From the NCBI GenBank assembly GCA_907165135.1, contig OU015569.1:992001-1056000 (forward strand): a DNA stretch of 64,000 nt. The letters are read 5' to 3'. This document shows positions 62,628-64,000 of this stretch, in pieces. A model generated the notes under the pieces. The model saw only the letters and a list, made by a program, of their open reading frames with translations. It was not told where the DNA came from and did no database searches. Positions within the stretch are counted from its first letter, which is position 1. Each line of letters opens with the position of its first letter. The DNA is from Oikopleura dioica (taxonomy: Eukaryota; Animalia; Chordata). The position numbers and the translations under genes are program-made.

Positions 62628-63555
62628 TCAGTACATGTTTCCAAGACCAGTACAAGGTTTTCCGCTGGCGAAGAAGTCGTCCACGAATTCTTTGATTTTT
62701 GGATTCTTGTTGATGATGTTTTCGGCTGTCTAGAATCAAAAGAATGTGAGCGAGACCTTAGATTTTTCATACCTTGAAAAGCTTGGGCGTAGCTTTCTCG
62801 AAGTCGTAAGAAAAGTGCTTGTCCTTGGCGAAGATGTAGTACGAGACAACTTGAATGTCGACGAAGGTGAGCGCATCGCCAACGCAGAAGTTTTCGTTGG
62901 TCTGAATGAGGCTCAGCACTTTATCGAAGTCGGCAGTTTTTTCCATCATCATCTTTTTGTAAGTTTCACTCATGACAGCGGCTCGTTTGTCTCTGTTCTC
63001 TGAAGATGTTTAAATTAGAAAAACGTGCCACGTGATCGCGCCAAGTTGCCAGTGAAAACAATCAGAAATCAAGTCAATCATCTACATCTAAACCCTTTAC
63101 CTTGTGTGTTATCGACGAGCTTGAAACTGTTTGGCTCGGTGGGAAATTGAGCGGCCACGGCGCCCATCAGCCCGACGGATACTTTTTGGCGGACATCGCT
63201 GATCGTTTCCAAAAGCATCTCTCCCTTTGCGTCGGTCAATGCGCACTTGCCAATGAGGCCCGCTTTAGTCGCGGCGTATCGCTCAATCGCCTTGGTTTGG
63301 CAGAGGGTGAAACCGTCCACTTCCAAAACTGGAAGCTGGTCAAGAGGAAGCCCGAGACCGGCTTTATCTTCATTCCACGTTTCAAAGGGGACGATCACAT
63401 CTTCAAAGTCGACGTTCGCCAGCTAAAATAGCCATTGTGAAAAAAATGAAACAAAAAAATAAAAAAAAAAGGTTTCGCAAAATTACCTTGAAAAGCAATT
63501 TGACGGTGCCTCCACGGCCGTAGCAGTCGAAATATTTAAAAACCAACTTGCTCAT
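62628..63555 (-). CDS. Glutathione S-transferase, sigma-like (4 exons)
   Basis: MSKLVFKYFDCYGRG, LDQLPVLEVDG, CQTKAIERY, VGDALTFVDI; three GT-AG introns keep frame. Confidence 0.9.
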
Positions 63556-64000
63556 TTTTCCACGCCTCTCTCAACTGGTTGTCAGAAGTGAACTCCGGCA
63601 AAAGTAGGGGAGATAGAACATCCGAACTCGCAAATATTTACTGTCGATAAACATGATGAGTAGACAATGGAAGCTTCGTGAAATCAAGAAAAAAAAGATC
63701 AGAATCAGCATTAGTAGCTATGCATCAGTTTCCTGATGAAAGATTTCGGGAGAACATTCTTAATGTAGAATAATTCCTCACTTGTGGCCGCTCTTCGAGT
63801 AAAAGAAGCCGACCGCAGTTCCAGCCACAAATCAAAGTTCTATAAATTTACAAAAAGAAGCTTACTTCAGCACCAGCAATTACAATTACATCAAATTTGA
63901 TGAAGCTGTTTTCTCACGGGAGAAGGGTTGATTTGTCAACTGCGATTATCACTCGCCGGAGGACACGAGTTTCTCACGAGCTCGATTTGTCTAACTAATC

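Overview
Compact, AT-rich eukaryotic nuclear DNA with many ~40-70 bp introns, at least one clear GA-AG intron, and co-oriented housekeeping genes only 47-650 bp apart, most with a T-rich ...AG just before the ATG. This points to a larvacean tunicate such as Oikopleura (inference from gene architecture only). Layout: (1) 1-16 kb is repeat-rich. It is dominated by an 8.7-kb terminal-inverted-repeat element (5256-13919) with a target-site duplication and no transposase, carrying decayed internal fragments of three large host genes (XRN2-like twice, TRRAP, DYNC1H1) plus two younger nested MITEs. This Pack-type element is the most unusual feature. (2) 16-33 kb is an operon-like run of 11 + strand genes (SAP18, SLC35B1, ERH, NKRF, RMDN1, MRPS34, WDR3, DAZAP2, NTHL1, GLRX, PGAM5), closed by a convergent tRNA-Arg(TCG). 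(3) 34-64 kb holds an EGF/TM protein, a 2.2-kb hAT-type element, a TRIM-NHL gene, two large secreted mucin-like mosaic genes (PLA2-like/mucin/EGF/vWA; LDLa/TSP1/CAP/chitin-binding/mucin), a trefoil gene, a RING gene and a GST. MITEs with hAT-, Kolobok- and Tc1/mariner-type signatures are scattered throughout. Several conserved genes have frameshifts (mostly 1-nt shortfalls) in homopolymers, which look like assembly errors. All homology calls come from recalled protein motifs, not database searches.
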